Source: Batkoa obscura (lineage: Eukaryota). From it: a stretch of DNA of 64,000 nt. Under the pieces are notes generated by a model. It ran no database searches. It was not told the origin of the DNA and saw nothing but the letters and a program-made list of their open reading frames with translations. Both the position numbers and the translations under genes were made by a program. Position 1 is the stretch's first letter. Each line of letters begins with the position of its first letter. This document shows, piece after piece, positions 53,304 through 63,990 of this stretch. Location: positions 992,001-1,056,000 of the forward strand of contig JASVEC010000003.1 of the NCBI GenBank assembly GCA_030770535.1. Direction: 5' to 3'.

Positions 53304-53539
53304 CTAGGAGGGTAGCTTAGAAAACGTATATAATAAAGTACTTAAAAAGATAGTAAGTGGGATTTTTTTAGATTAATGAATTGTAGTTATTATAAATAAA
53401 ACATGTATATAATTTCATCTCATTTAAATTATTCATATTTGAGATCTAACTATAAAAAAAATATTAACAAATTTTTAAAATTTTTGGTTAACAATTTTAT
53501 TTTTGACTTTTAGTAAAAAAATTATTTTAATAATAATAT

Positions 53540-53637
53540 GGGGGTGTTTTTTTTGGCTTCATTATTTTTTCCATCTTTTAAGCACTATCTTAACAGAAAG
53601 ATTGTAGTAAAATTCTCAGACAAAAAAATACATCCCC
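53540..53637. mobile_element. MITE family A
   Basis: GGGGGTGT...ACATCCCC, ATAT TSD. Confidence 0.9.
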
Positions 53638-53869
53638 ATATTTTAAAATTTTAATTATATCACAAATATTAATAATTCAATTTATATTAAACTTAAGGTA
53701 TATTACATTTATAAACTATATAACAAATTAATACAAAAAACATACATTTGATAAGTTTTTATATTTAATAATAATTCATCAAATTTAGGCTAAAAGCATC
53801 TTATAGTATTTATTCTTTTTTTTTCATATTTTAAAAGTAATAATTCAACTAATTTTAAATTTAGTATAT

Positions 53870-53968
53870 GGGGATGTGTTTTTTTGTTTAAGAATTTTAC
53901 TAATAATCTTTCCGTTCAAATAGCGCTTAAAAAATAGAAAGAGTGATGAAATCAAAAAAAGCATCCCC
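53870..53968. mobile_element. MITE family A (opposite orientation to 53540)
   Basis: GGGGATGT...GCATCCCC, ATAT TSD. Confidence 0.9.
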
Positions 53969-54154
53969 ATATTAACAATTTTTAAATAATAATAGCATGA
54001 ATTTAAAATAAATTTGATAAATTTAACACTTTTTATACTTTACATTAATAATCTTAAATATTCAAATTTAATTTAGGGTTAGGAAATCAAAATACATATT
54101 CAATATTATGTTTCAAAAATAATCAACTTTAAACTATACTTTGATATTTATTTT

Positions 54155-55012
54155 TTAATCAAAAAGATTAAGTGGTACTTTAGAATCGATATAAGAAGGT
54201 AATGGGATATTTAAAGCTTTTAAAGTAATAGCAAAGATATCCATATTACGAACAGTATCATCCAATTTTTTTGGTGAAATACCAGGTCCAGAAGCACCAA
54301 ATAAGATTTGGGTTTCTTCCTTTGAGTTTCCGCCATGAGTCTTACCAATACCACCATGATCTGCAGTCATTAAAATTAAAGTTGAATCTCTTAACTTAGT
54401 TTCTTCAAGTTTAGCTAATATCTTTCCGATGTAACTATCAATTAATTTATATTCTTCAATATATTCTTTGCTTAACCATCCTTTGTTATGTCCAGTTTCA
54501 TCAATATTACCAAAATAAACAAACATAAATTTAGAATCTTTACCACGTTTAGTAATATAATCTAAAGTTGAGGTTAAAACAGTTGCATCATTAGAAGTTA
54601 CTTTATCTAATTTTAAATCTTTTTCAGTAAGACCTTTGTTTAATGGACCCCAAGAGACAATAGAAGCAATAGTAGCATTAGGATTACGATTTAAAATAGT
54701 TTTATAAACAGTCGGATATTCAGTCTTATTATAATAATGATTATTAATGTTAGCATTAGTAACGCCATGTCGCTCTGGAATTACTCCAGTTAGCATGGAA
54801 CCCCAATTTTGACCTGAGGAAGTTGGCTTCATAGCTTGAGCATTGCTAGTGTAAGCACCAGACCCAAAAAGTTTGTGAATATTTGGTGTGTCAATTTGTT
54901 GGTAAAAATTACCAGCACCATCTAAACCAATAAAGAGAACTCTTTCAATTTTATTGCTTTCAATAGCATTAAAGCACAATAGACTGGGAAGTAAGATATT
55001 AATAACTTTCAT
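54155..55012 (-). CDS. Secreted alkaline-phosphatase-superfamily (NPP/phosphodiesterase-like) enzyme
   Basis: Signal peptide, VLFIGLDG, TPNI, PTSSGQNWGSMLTGV.PERHGV, IDETGH, TADHGG and THGG. Intronless. Confidence 0.88.
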   Translation of the reverse strand: MKVINILLPSLLCFNAIESNKIERVLFIGLDGAGNFYQQIDTPNIHKLFGSGAYTSNAQAMKPTSSGQNWGSMLTGVIPERHGVTNANINNHYYNKTEYPTVYKTILNRNPNATIASIVSWGPLNKGLTEKDLKLDKVTSNDATVLTSTLDYITKRGKDSKFMFVYFGNIDETGHNKGWLSKEYIEEYKLIDSYIGKILAKLEETKLRDSTLILMTADHGGIGKTHGGNSKEETQILFGASGPGISPKKLDDTVRNMDIFAITLKALNIPLPSYIDSKVPLNLFD

Positions 55013-55285
55013 ATTTAACTAAAATTTCACTTTTATGTTAATTATTTAGTCTGACTTCCTATCCTTTTATACTTCATCAACTACACGTGGATTTGATATT
55101 TTGAGTCTATACACTCATATCAAAATAATAGAGTTAGTTTGATCTTTAATTGACTAAAATAAAGATGTAATATTACATTTTTATTATTATGTAAAATAGA
55201 ATAACTATGATAATAGTTATCGTTTAAGTTGAAACAAACCACACTCATCTTAATCGTGTTTATAATAAAGCTTTAATAGATATTA

Positions 55286-55383
55286 CTATAATATTGAAAA
55301 AAGTAATTCAATTTTATTATATAGTTTATAAGCTTTACTTAAATTTTTCTCATATTATCGTATTACTTTTTTCAATATTATAG
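55286..55383. mobile_element. Foldback element with perfect TIRs and TA flanks (Tc1/mariner-type MITE candidate)
   Basis: TACTATAATATTGAAAAAAGTAAT (55284-55307) is the exact reverse complement of 55362-55385. Confidence 0.55.
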
Positions 55384-56339
55384 TATACATCTTATATTTT
55401 GTTTTTATCAATCTGTCAATCTATTGTTTAGATTTCTCAACACATTAATTATTGACAGAACATTAAATCAGCAATATTAATTCAACAAATTAAAAGTTTA
55501 AAGTTTGACATGCAAGAAAACTATTATTTTTAATTATTAAGTATAATTTATAAATGCCAATTAAAGAATAATAAATAGATTGTTAAAAACTAGTAAAATG
55601 TATATGATATAATTTTGTATATAATACAATTACAATTATAGTCATAATTATAAATATTAAACTATCGAACTATGTTTTGAATTTGAAATTTTTACAAATC
55701 GATTTAACAAATGAAATTTACAAAGTATAGCATGTAATAAATGTTATTTTAAATTATTAAATTTAATGTATAAATATTAATTAAAGAATAATAAATAAAA
55801 TATTTTAATACAATAAGATATCGACATGCTGTATTTATTTATAATATATTATTGTAATTATGACTATAGCTATTAAATCAGTATTATTATTTTAGTTTAT
55901 TATTTTTTACTTTTTAATAAAATGAAACTATGAGAGTAAATCAAAAAGTTTGTATAATGAAACATTTAAAGGGAAGGTAGGCAGAAATTTTTTAAATCGA
56001 TTGATTGTATATATTATAAATCCAATTTACATAGAGTCTAATATTAATTGAACTACTCATGTTTGAGATCTAGTTAAAAGAAAAAGTTGTTACTAACAAA
56101 AAAAAGGTCTCAATGTAACACATTTTGAAGTTTTAACTACATCTCGATAATGGATGATTCAATTGATATTAAACTTAAGATGTTTTATATTTACAAACTA
56201 CATAATAAATTCATCTAAAAAAATATACACCACACAATAATTAACTCTTTATAATACCTCATTACTTTTACTATAAACCTCTTTAAAGTTTTGTGCTGCT
56301 TTTTCTTTATACCTCAAAAAATGACCATTTAATAGATAT

Positions 56340-56438
56340 GGGGATGTATTTTTTTGTTTAAGAATTTCACTGATAGCTTTTCCACTCAAGTAGTGCTTAA
56401 AAGATGAAAAAAGCAATGAGACCAAAAAAAACACTCCC
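56340..56438. mobile_element. MITE family A
   Basis: GGGGATGT...ACACTCCC, ATAT TSD. Confidence 0.9.
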
Positions 56439-57136
56439 ATATTATATTTCATAAACTATAAAAAATAATTTAAATAGTAAACTCATAAAAAAATTTACTT
56501 ATCCTATTATTAAAAAGAATCCTTTAATTTTTACATATACATTTTTTGATCTCCTTCTCAGGTTAAAGGTTTAGTAGGTAATTAATTTACTCGAAATGTA
56601 ATCACTATTGCTACTGTAGAGTTAAACTACCACCAGTTGTTTCCAGTATTTTATAAAAAAAATTGTAAATTCTTTCAAGTTCATTGGTATCTACATTTAA
56701 CAAAGCTTCTCCAAAATTGGATAATCAAATTGTCAATTAATAAAATATAGAATAATCAAGGCTATAAATAGATAGTGTTCTAAAGTAAGTATTGCACTAT
56801 TGAAACATATGCTATTATAGCTTGATAAATGAATAAATTTATTAAAATAAGCTGTGTGGCAGACACAAAAGGGACGCAATAAAGAAAGATATTATAATTT
56901 ATAAAAAAAGAAGCAGTATTCCTAGCCAACTCCCTGTTACTGATAATGGTATCTATTTTACTCAAAATCAGCTATTGTAGTATACGATTTAGATTAATAT
57001 AGATTTTGCAAAACTTTATTGAAATCTAAAATTATATACAAATATTAACAAAAAAAACCTTTACTATCTAGCAATAATTAAAAAATATCTTATACAAATC
57101 GGCATTAAATTAATAATAAAATACATAATATATAAT

Positions 57137-57745
57137 TTATTTATTTAAAAAAGAACCTGTCATTACCGCTAATAAAATACATACAAAATTTACAAAAGAA
57201 GTATTAACTAGAATACCATTTGAACCAATAAATGTCCCACTTCTAACTGAAATAGATTTAGGTAATTCCATAATCACAGCGGTTTTAAAGCCATTACTAG
57301 TTGAGCTTGTATTATTTTGTGTCGCTACTTGAGTATTATTTAAATTCGTTGGTTGTGGTTGGGTATTGATACTTTGTACAGTAGATGTTGGTGGGTTAGG
57401 TTGAGGCTGGTTAGGATCCAGATTATTTGGTTGAGGTGGTTGTTGTTGACTGATATTAGGATTTGCGGCAGGTGACGGCGGATTATTATTGTTGTTATTG
57501 TTATCGGTAAGCATTTGTGGGTTATTGTTACTATTATTATTATTACTATCTATAGATGCTTGTTGACTATTATTAGGGCCATTTTGTGACGCTACTTGAT
57601 TATTCATTCTTTCATTTTGAATCAATTGATTAATGCCATTTCGCCAATTATTTTGTGGTGGTGAGGGTATACTATTGTCATTGTTAAGGTTTTGACAGAG
57701 TGTTAGGTGAATGGATAGTAATATTATACAAGTTTTAAAATTCAT
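57137..57745 (-). CDS. Small secreted, probably GPI-anchored Asn/Pro/Gln-rich surface protein
   Basis: Likely start MNFKTCIILLSIHLTLC (ATG 57745), low-complexity body and hydrophobic C-terminus after SG/GSNG. Confidence 0.7.
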   Translation of the reverse strand: MNFKTCIILLSIHLTLCQNLNNDNSIPSPPQNNWRNGINQLIQNERMNNQVASQNGPNNSQQASIDSNNNNSNNNPQMLTDNNNNNNNPPSPAANPNISQQQPPQPNNLDPNQPQPNPPTSTVQSINTQPQPTNLNNTQVATQNNTSSTSNGFKTAVIMELPKSISVRSGTFIGSNGILVNTSFVNFVCILLAVMTGSFLNK

Positions 57746-58336
57746 GACTGATTTCTTAGAGAATGATATTAGATTAAAGAAATACAAATAAATAAATAAA
57801 TTTTTTAAATTACATTCGTTTGAACTATTTATTATATTATATTTTTTAAACATTTGAATATTTTCTAAATTTAGTAATTCATCATTAGATTTTGAACTAT
57901 ATCTCCAGTTTTTCGGTTTAGTTATTTAATGTTATTATTAGTTCATTTTTAAACTATATTTAAACTAAATACAATTTAGTTAAATTTAGTTAATATCTTT
58001 ATTTTATTGAAAATTTAAAAATTATTACAATTATTATATTTTGTATAACTAAGAATTAATAATTATTAAATCTCTCTAAATTTAATACAGAAACTCTACC
58101 TTTTAATATAGTTTTGTGTGCTATTCTACCTTCAACTTGAAATATCTATATTGGTCATCTTTCATGTATATAAACTACTTTAATTATTTTAAAAAAATAA
58201 AATATTATTAATAAACCTCATTATTTATAAATAAAAACTTAGAAAAATTGGCACTTAAAATACACACTTGGCACAAATTAAAACTCAAAATAAGAACAAA
58301 ATTTAAAATCCATCTTTTGATATTTTTAATAATAAA

Positions 58337-59108
58337 ATGGTAAAATTAATCTAAAAGGCGTATACTTAAAATCCCCCTAATCCAAACATATATTTTAGAG
58401 TAGTTTAATAAGTTGTAAACTTGACCAAGATATCTTAAATAAAATCAAAAAATTCCGTTTTGCAAAAGATTTAGGAGATTGTTCATATATCTTAGGTAGC
58501 TTCCATCAAAAATAAATCAAAGGAATATAAATTAATCGTTAGTATAGTGAGCATAAATCGAAAATTAATGCAGACTGAGTTAGAAGCTGAAGAAAAACAA
58601 ACTACTTTTGAGGAACTTTTAGAAGAATTACCAGAAGACTCACCAATATATCCTTTTTTTAAAATTTATTTTTGTTTGTTTATTACTAAAAATCCTTAAC
58701 TTTGTATTTCTTTAATACGTTTATTATATTGAGCTTTAAGGTAATTTAAATACATCGATATTATTTCTAATTTTGATATTATTTTAGCAAGAGTTAAAAG
58801 ATGGGAGAGTGAAATATCCACTTGTATTGATTCATTATAGTCCACCTGGAGGTAATTTTTGATCTATAGTAATCATCCTAAACGTCAACAATAATTCCAA
58901 TTTTTAATGTTTAGTTTCTCATGAACTTAATATGTTATTTTCCACTACCAGAAGTAATTTCATGAAAGAAACAGGGTTAAATCGTGTAAGTTTTTATATT
59001 TTATTAGTTTAATGACATTGTTTTATTTTGTCTTTTAAACAGGCTTTAGAGTTGCAAGATAAAGAAGAATTTGATTTAAATTGGGTTTGTGAAAAGTTAA
59101 ATATTTAA
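58337..59108 (+). CDS. GMF: Glia maturation factor (GMF/Aim7, ADF-H domain), multi-exon with one AT-AC intron
   Basis: Absent from the ORF track. ATG-only first exon, then IKKFRF, EELLEELPEDSP, FIILSF, DGRVKYPLVLIHYSP, LNMLF and TAA 59108. Confidence 0.88.
58648..58718 (+). other. U12-type (minor spliceosome) AT-AC intron, 71 nt, phase 2
   Basis: 5' ATATCCTTT, branch point TCCTTAAC at 58693-58700, 3' TAC. Its removal restores the GMF frame; read-through hits TAA. Confidence 0.92.
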
Positions 59109-59758
59109 ATATTTAATAGTCATGATAGTTATAAAAATTTGATTACTCCTATAATTATATTGATGGTCTTTTTAAATTTTTTGTTTTTTATCCGCTGTCT
59201 AATTCTAGATTATATAAAAAAACGTTATTATTGGTAATGTTCTACTACTTCTATTAACATTTCCCAACACTCATAATATTACATTTGTAAAAATCTATAC
59301 TTACCTTGATTCAAAATCTTTCTTTAACAATTCAAAGCTCTTATTTTTATACCAAAATTAAAAACTTATACAAAAGCTTTTACTCCTCAGCCTAATCAAC
59401 CAACTTCCTCTTTACTTGTCGTTAGCTCCCTTTTTGCTAATACTCAATAGCCAACATTCCAAAGAATAGAAAGTAAAATGGATTTAATTTAATTTTTTAT
59501 CTCTCCTGAAAATAAAAACAAAGCGGACACATTTTTCAATTTACCAGAGTGTATTTGTTGATCTGTTGCACTTTCTAAACCAGCTAATCAAGGATTTAGT
59601 TTATTATTATTATAAATAAAACATTTAATGCATATAGCATTTTTAAGAATAAAAATATAACTTAAGTTACGTCATTAGCAAAAAAATTATTGATTAAACA
59701 ATCAAGAATTTTAAAAAAAAAGCTATTTCGCCTTCTTTATAACATTAAACGTTATACC

Positions 59759-61057
59759 ATGTCCTTAAACTTTATCGATTTATCTGATGTATTACTAGAA
59801 GAAATCTTCCAACTTGTAAATCCAGAGCAACTATTTGAATTACGTTTATTAAACAAAGTAATATATAACATAATCAACAAAGTAATCAAGATAAACTTAA
59901 TTCACTCCAACTACAACCATAGTAAACATAAAAAATATAAATCTTATCAACTAAAATTCATTAAAGAAAATGGCTCATTGATGAAGTATTTAAATATAAC
60001 CAGTAATGAAATGGAATATATCGGTTACTGTTCTAACATAGTATCTTTATACTACGAGAACTTATTTAATAGTAATGATAACAACAATGAATTGGCAGTT
60101 AGTTTACCAAAATTGAAGAGATTGGTGATAAAATCATTAGATAGCGGTTCAACTCATTATTTAGAACTATTTAGAAGATATTTGACTCAAATTGAAATGA
60201 TAGAAGTCTACACGTATAATTTAAACATAGGAACAGTTATCAATTACTTGAATCCAGAGATATTAAAGTCATTGAAATTACATGTCGCTGGTGGTGATTT
60301 AGAGCTTGATGGACTGGATAGAATCAAGAGTGAGTTTGTTAATTTAAAAGTGTTATATCTGAAATCCAAAGATCATGTTAGTGTTCCTATTAATTTCAGT
60401 TTCAATTTAAGTTTTATTGCTCATGTAGAATTGGAAATCGAAGGCCCTTTAGATCTTGACTTCATCCTTAATTACTTTGGGGATTTAAAAGTATTTGAAA
60501 GTATTAAATTGATTGATAATTCAAGTCCTGGTTTTATAGGAAATGATATTACTATTGATTTGACTTTATTTGAAGGTGTTAAACTTAATACTTTAGGTTA
60601 TCTTAGTATGAAAGATAATACTGGTTTTGAGTTATTAAAATTACCAAGTTTAAAACAACTTTATACCAAAAACCTATCCAAAGATTTATTGAAATCGATA
60701 GCTTCACTCCCCAATGTAAATACCATCTACATTGATCGATTGTATTTTGATATCAAAGAAATGAGCTACGAAACTAATATAAATGAAACTTGCAACTACA
60801 AATGTACTCATATAAAGAAGATAACTATTAATTATTTTTATCCATTAGTCGAAGAATTCTTTGATTTTCTAAGTTTTTTTCCAAATCTTCAATTGATCCG
60901 AATTAATAAATTCAACCTTATGGATGTTAATACAGAGGGTACTTTTAAGCTTAAGACCCCCTTGTTACTTGTTGCTCCCATCACTCATTTTTTAGATTCA
61001 AAATTATGTGATAGATTAAAGCAGGTCCCGATGCTGAGCTGGATCAAGTTGGAGTAG
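59759..61057 (+). CDS. F-box-like/LRR-like protein
   Basis: FIDLSDVLLEEIFQLV...LFELRLLNK and LxxLxI repeats. Distant paralog of 41337-42719; likely ATG 59759. Confidence 0.75.
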   Translation: MSLNFIDLSDVLLEEIFQLVNPEQLFELRLLNKVIYNIINKVIKINLIHSNYNHSKHKKYKSYQLKFIKENGSLMKYLNITSNEMEYIGYCSNIVSLYYENLFNSNDNNNELAVSLPKLKRLVIKSLDSGSTHYLELFRRYLTQIEMIEVYTYNLNIGTVINYLNPEILKSLKLHVAGGDLELDGLDRIKSEFVNLKVLYLKSKDHVSVPINFSFNLSFIAHVELEIEGPLDLDFILNYFGDLKVFESIKLIDNSSPGFIGNDITIDLTLFEGVKLNTLGYLSMKDNTGFELLKLPSLKQLYTKNLSKDLLKSIASLPNVNTIYIDRLYFDIKEMSYETNINETCNYKCTHIKKITINYFYPLVEEFFDFLSFFPNLQLIRINKFNLMDVNTEGTFKLKTPLLLVAPITHFLDSKLCDRLKQVPMLSWIKLE

Positions 61058-61474
61058 ATTAAAAGTCTGTTTCTGTAATTTCTATGATATTGAAATAAAT
61101 TTACGGCTATGTGTAAGCAAAATATTATACTACTGAGGACATATTTTTGTGATTTTAAAATAGAAATCATACCATTTTTTTAATAACAACCCCTAGCCCT
61201 AAATCTAACCCTAACCTCTATTGTAACAATAAGGCAGGTGTAAAATCTTCATATTATAAAAATTATTTGCTTGATAGGAACTAAAAATATTTGACTTTTG
61301 AACGCCCAAAATACATGCTTTAAAGATATAAGGGTATAAAGTTTGCTAATTGTTCGGAAAAAAGAGTAATAAAGAATCAGTTCTATGCAAGGATAAAGTG
61401 AGCCTTCTACTAGTAAACAAAAAGTAAAAAGGATATAAAAAGCATCAAAAGAAGATCCGTGAAATAATTTAAAA

Positions 61475-62309
61475 ATGTTCATTGACAATTATTTATATAT
61501 TACTATATCAGTTAGGATTTGTAGCTTTGTATTTGGCATAGCTTTCTGTGTCATTAAATGGGCGTATAATTGTGCAAGAATAAGGACGAAGTTAGAAGAC
61601 AATAGTGATACAACAAATAGCAGCGGAATAATACAAATTAGGGGAAATTATGAGCCTACTGAATTAAGCGAAATATGGATAGAAAACATCTCAGTTATGA
61701 ATAAAAACAAGTTTTACGTAACTATCGCAGAAAGGGATAAAATGATTATGAAAAGAAATAAATACATCTATTTTAATAACAGTTGTATAATGCAAGCAAA
61801 TTATCAAACATTGAATTCAGAATCGATGTATTTTGAAATGGAATTAATTGATTTGAATGATGTATTTCAACTTTTAATTGGATATGCAGATAAAAGCAAT
61901 ACCAAAATCAATAGTGAGTATTGTATATAATAATACTAATATATAAAGCTTAATAATATTTGTAAAACCCTATATACTACTAAATAGCAATATATATGGT
62001 GTAAATGTTAACAAAAAGCAATATTCAAGTACTTTTGTTCATACACTAAAACAGGGATATATTATAGGGTGTTTCTGTAATGCATCACTAAAAGAAATAA
62101 TATCTACTCACAATGGCAGTGACTTATGTTGTTACCAATTTCATTCTACTGCAATATACTCCACTATATATAGTATCAGAGGTACTTCAATCAAATATAA
62201 TTTAGGTAGTCAGCATTTCCTTTATCGTCGTGTTAATGAACTTAGACTTGGTTTGGAATGTAATTATGTCCAGGAAACCCCTCCTAGTTATTTAAATAAC
62301 TTTGTTTAA
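61475..62309 (+). CDS. Ssh4/Ear1-like SPRY-domain membrane protein with PY motif (divergent)
   Basis: N-terminal TM segment, MQANY and YFEM. Second exon has GYIIGC, THNG, IKYNLGSQHFLY and C-terminal PPSY. Intron ~61918-61987, donor uncertain. Confidence 0.65.
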
Positions 62310-62769
62310 ATTGGCAACATCATCTTTAATATTTTACTAATCGAAATAAAATAATTAGTTTGAACTTTGTGCTTTTTATTTGCTACTTAATATGATGATA
62401 AAGTAATGGAAAATATGTATGACTACTAATTAAAAAATAAAACCGGTTAGATAGCTATATCTTTTATTTTTTAATTACATTTGAAATCCAAAATTTATAC
62501 AATGTAATATTCCATTTCATTTTTTAAATAAATATCAAACAACAAATTTTCAAATAATAATATCAGTATTAATGATGTAGGAATATTTTTTCAGTCTTTC
62601 CAGCTTTATCCAATATAAACTTTGGTAAATTAAAATTCGGTTAAGATTGACAATAAAGTTTCCAGCTCGATTTGGGTTCCTGCAAAATCTGCATAAAATG
62701 TCTTTTTTTATTTAACCATTTTGTCCATTTTATGCACTATAAAATTTAAAAAATATCATAATTAAATAC

Positions 62770-63232
62770 TGTGAAATATTGCTTTATCAGCTCTCGAATT
62801 GATTATAACACAACAATCACTTAAGTTGTTGTGTTCTCAAGTTCAAGCACAATCAAATCAGAGACCCTTATTTTGATTCACTGCGAGAATTTCTAACTTC
62901 ATATTGCAAAGGGTATTATCTTCTCGTTTTAATATCCATACTTATTGGAGTATAAAAGAGATTCTTCAACATGATAACTCGAGGCTTTTTAATTGAATTA
63001 TTCCCCACTATTGTACCATTAATAAAGCCACTAAGTCTTTCTAATAACATCTCACGTAGATTTTACAGTAGTATCTTCTATTATATTTGTTTTACATAGT
63101 TCGTAACCTATTATGTATTATTCTTATTTATTTAAGTCTATCTTAGTTATATAAACTAAGACCATTCGACTCAAGGCAAGTTAATCAACCAAGAACTGCT
63201 TTTAACCCTACCACTGAGTACCAACTTTCACA
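62770..63232 (+). mobile_element. Solo LTR
   Basis: TGTGAAA...TTTCACA, 463 bp. Flanks ATAC/ATCA (imperfect TSD). Confidence 0.86.
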
Positions 63233-63303
63233 ATCATTTTTAAACAATTGTATCAATTTTTGCTTATATTAAATTTGAAACTTTTATATCTATTAAAAAA
63301 TAT

Positions 63304-63400
63304 GGGGGTGTCTTTTTTGGGTTCATCACTTTTTCCATCTTTTAAGTGCTATTTGAGTGGAAAGATTGTTAGTAAAATTCTTAAACAAAAAAACATCCCC
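63304..63400. mobile_element. MITE family A
   Basis: GGGGGTGT...ACATCCCC, ATAT TSD. Confidence 0.9.
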
Positions 63401-63901
63401 ATATATATGTTTTTCCTTATTATATTTAAATTTTTAAAAATTCTGTTTTAAAGTTTAATTAAAAGCTTGTATTTTGCTTTTATTTTAATAAAAAAACAAT
63501 CTTAATTATTTTAATTATAGTTACTAATTTCAGAATAAAAATATAACTAAAAAAATATTAACAAGTACTATAAAAGATTTTTGTTTAATTTTATTAATAA
63601 AGTAGGAATTAAACTATAAAATAATAATACTTAAGTTTATAATATATATATATAATGGTAATAATAAAATACTAAATCCTGATATAGATTAATATTATAC
63701 ATTTTAAACTATTAAATATATAAATTTATCTACTTTTTAAACTATTTAGTTTTTTGATTTTATATTAATTTATATTAAATTTATTATAATACAAAATCAC
63801 ATCCCCGTATGCTAAATAATATTTATAATATAATATTAAAATATAGTATATATATTTATAATAGCTATTTTAATTATTTTTAGTTACTTTTAAGATTATA
63901 T

Positions 63902-63990
63902 GGTGATGTTTTTTTTGGTCTCTATTTTTTTCATTTTTTAAGCGCTACTTGAGCGGAAAGATTGTTAGTAAAACTATTAAGCAGAAAAAT
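63902..63990. mobile_element. MITE family A, right end missing or diverged
   Basis: ATAT then GGTGATGTTTT...AAGCGCTACTTGAGCGGAAAGATTGTTAGTAAA. Confidence 0.78.

Noticed and set aside
55520..55880. Patchwork of short imperfect direct and inverted repeats
   Set aside because: Extremely AT-rich with no clear boundaries or TSD. May be a decayed element but is not definable by eye.
61380..61440. Minus-strand ATATCCTTTT as a second U12 donor
   Set aside because: No TCCTTAAC branch site and no credible host gene.
13764..63451. Recurrent short ORFs containing GVFFLVSLLFPFFKRYLSGKIV or GDVFLCLRIL (e.g. 15260, 33204, 42905, 51819, 56249, 63248)
   Set aside because: They are translations of MITE family A in either orientation, not a peptide gene family.
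13849..63990. Dispersed ~100-bp repeats as a CRISPR-like array
   Set aside because: Irregular kb-scale spacing, both orientations, TIRs and TSDs, and a eukaryotic context indicate MITEs.
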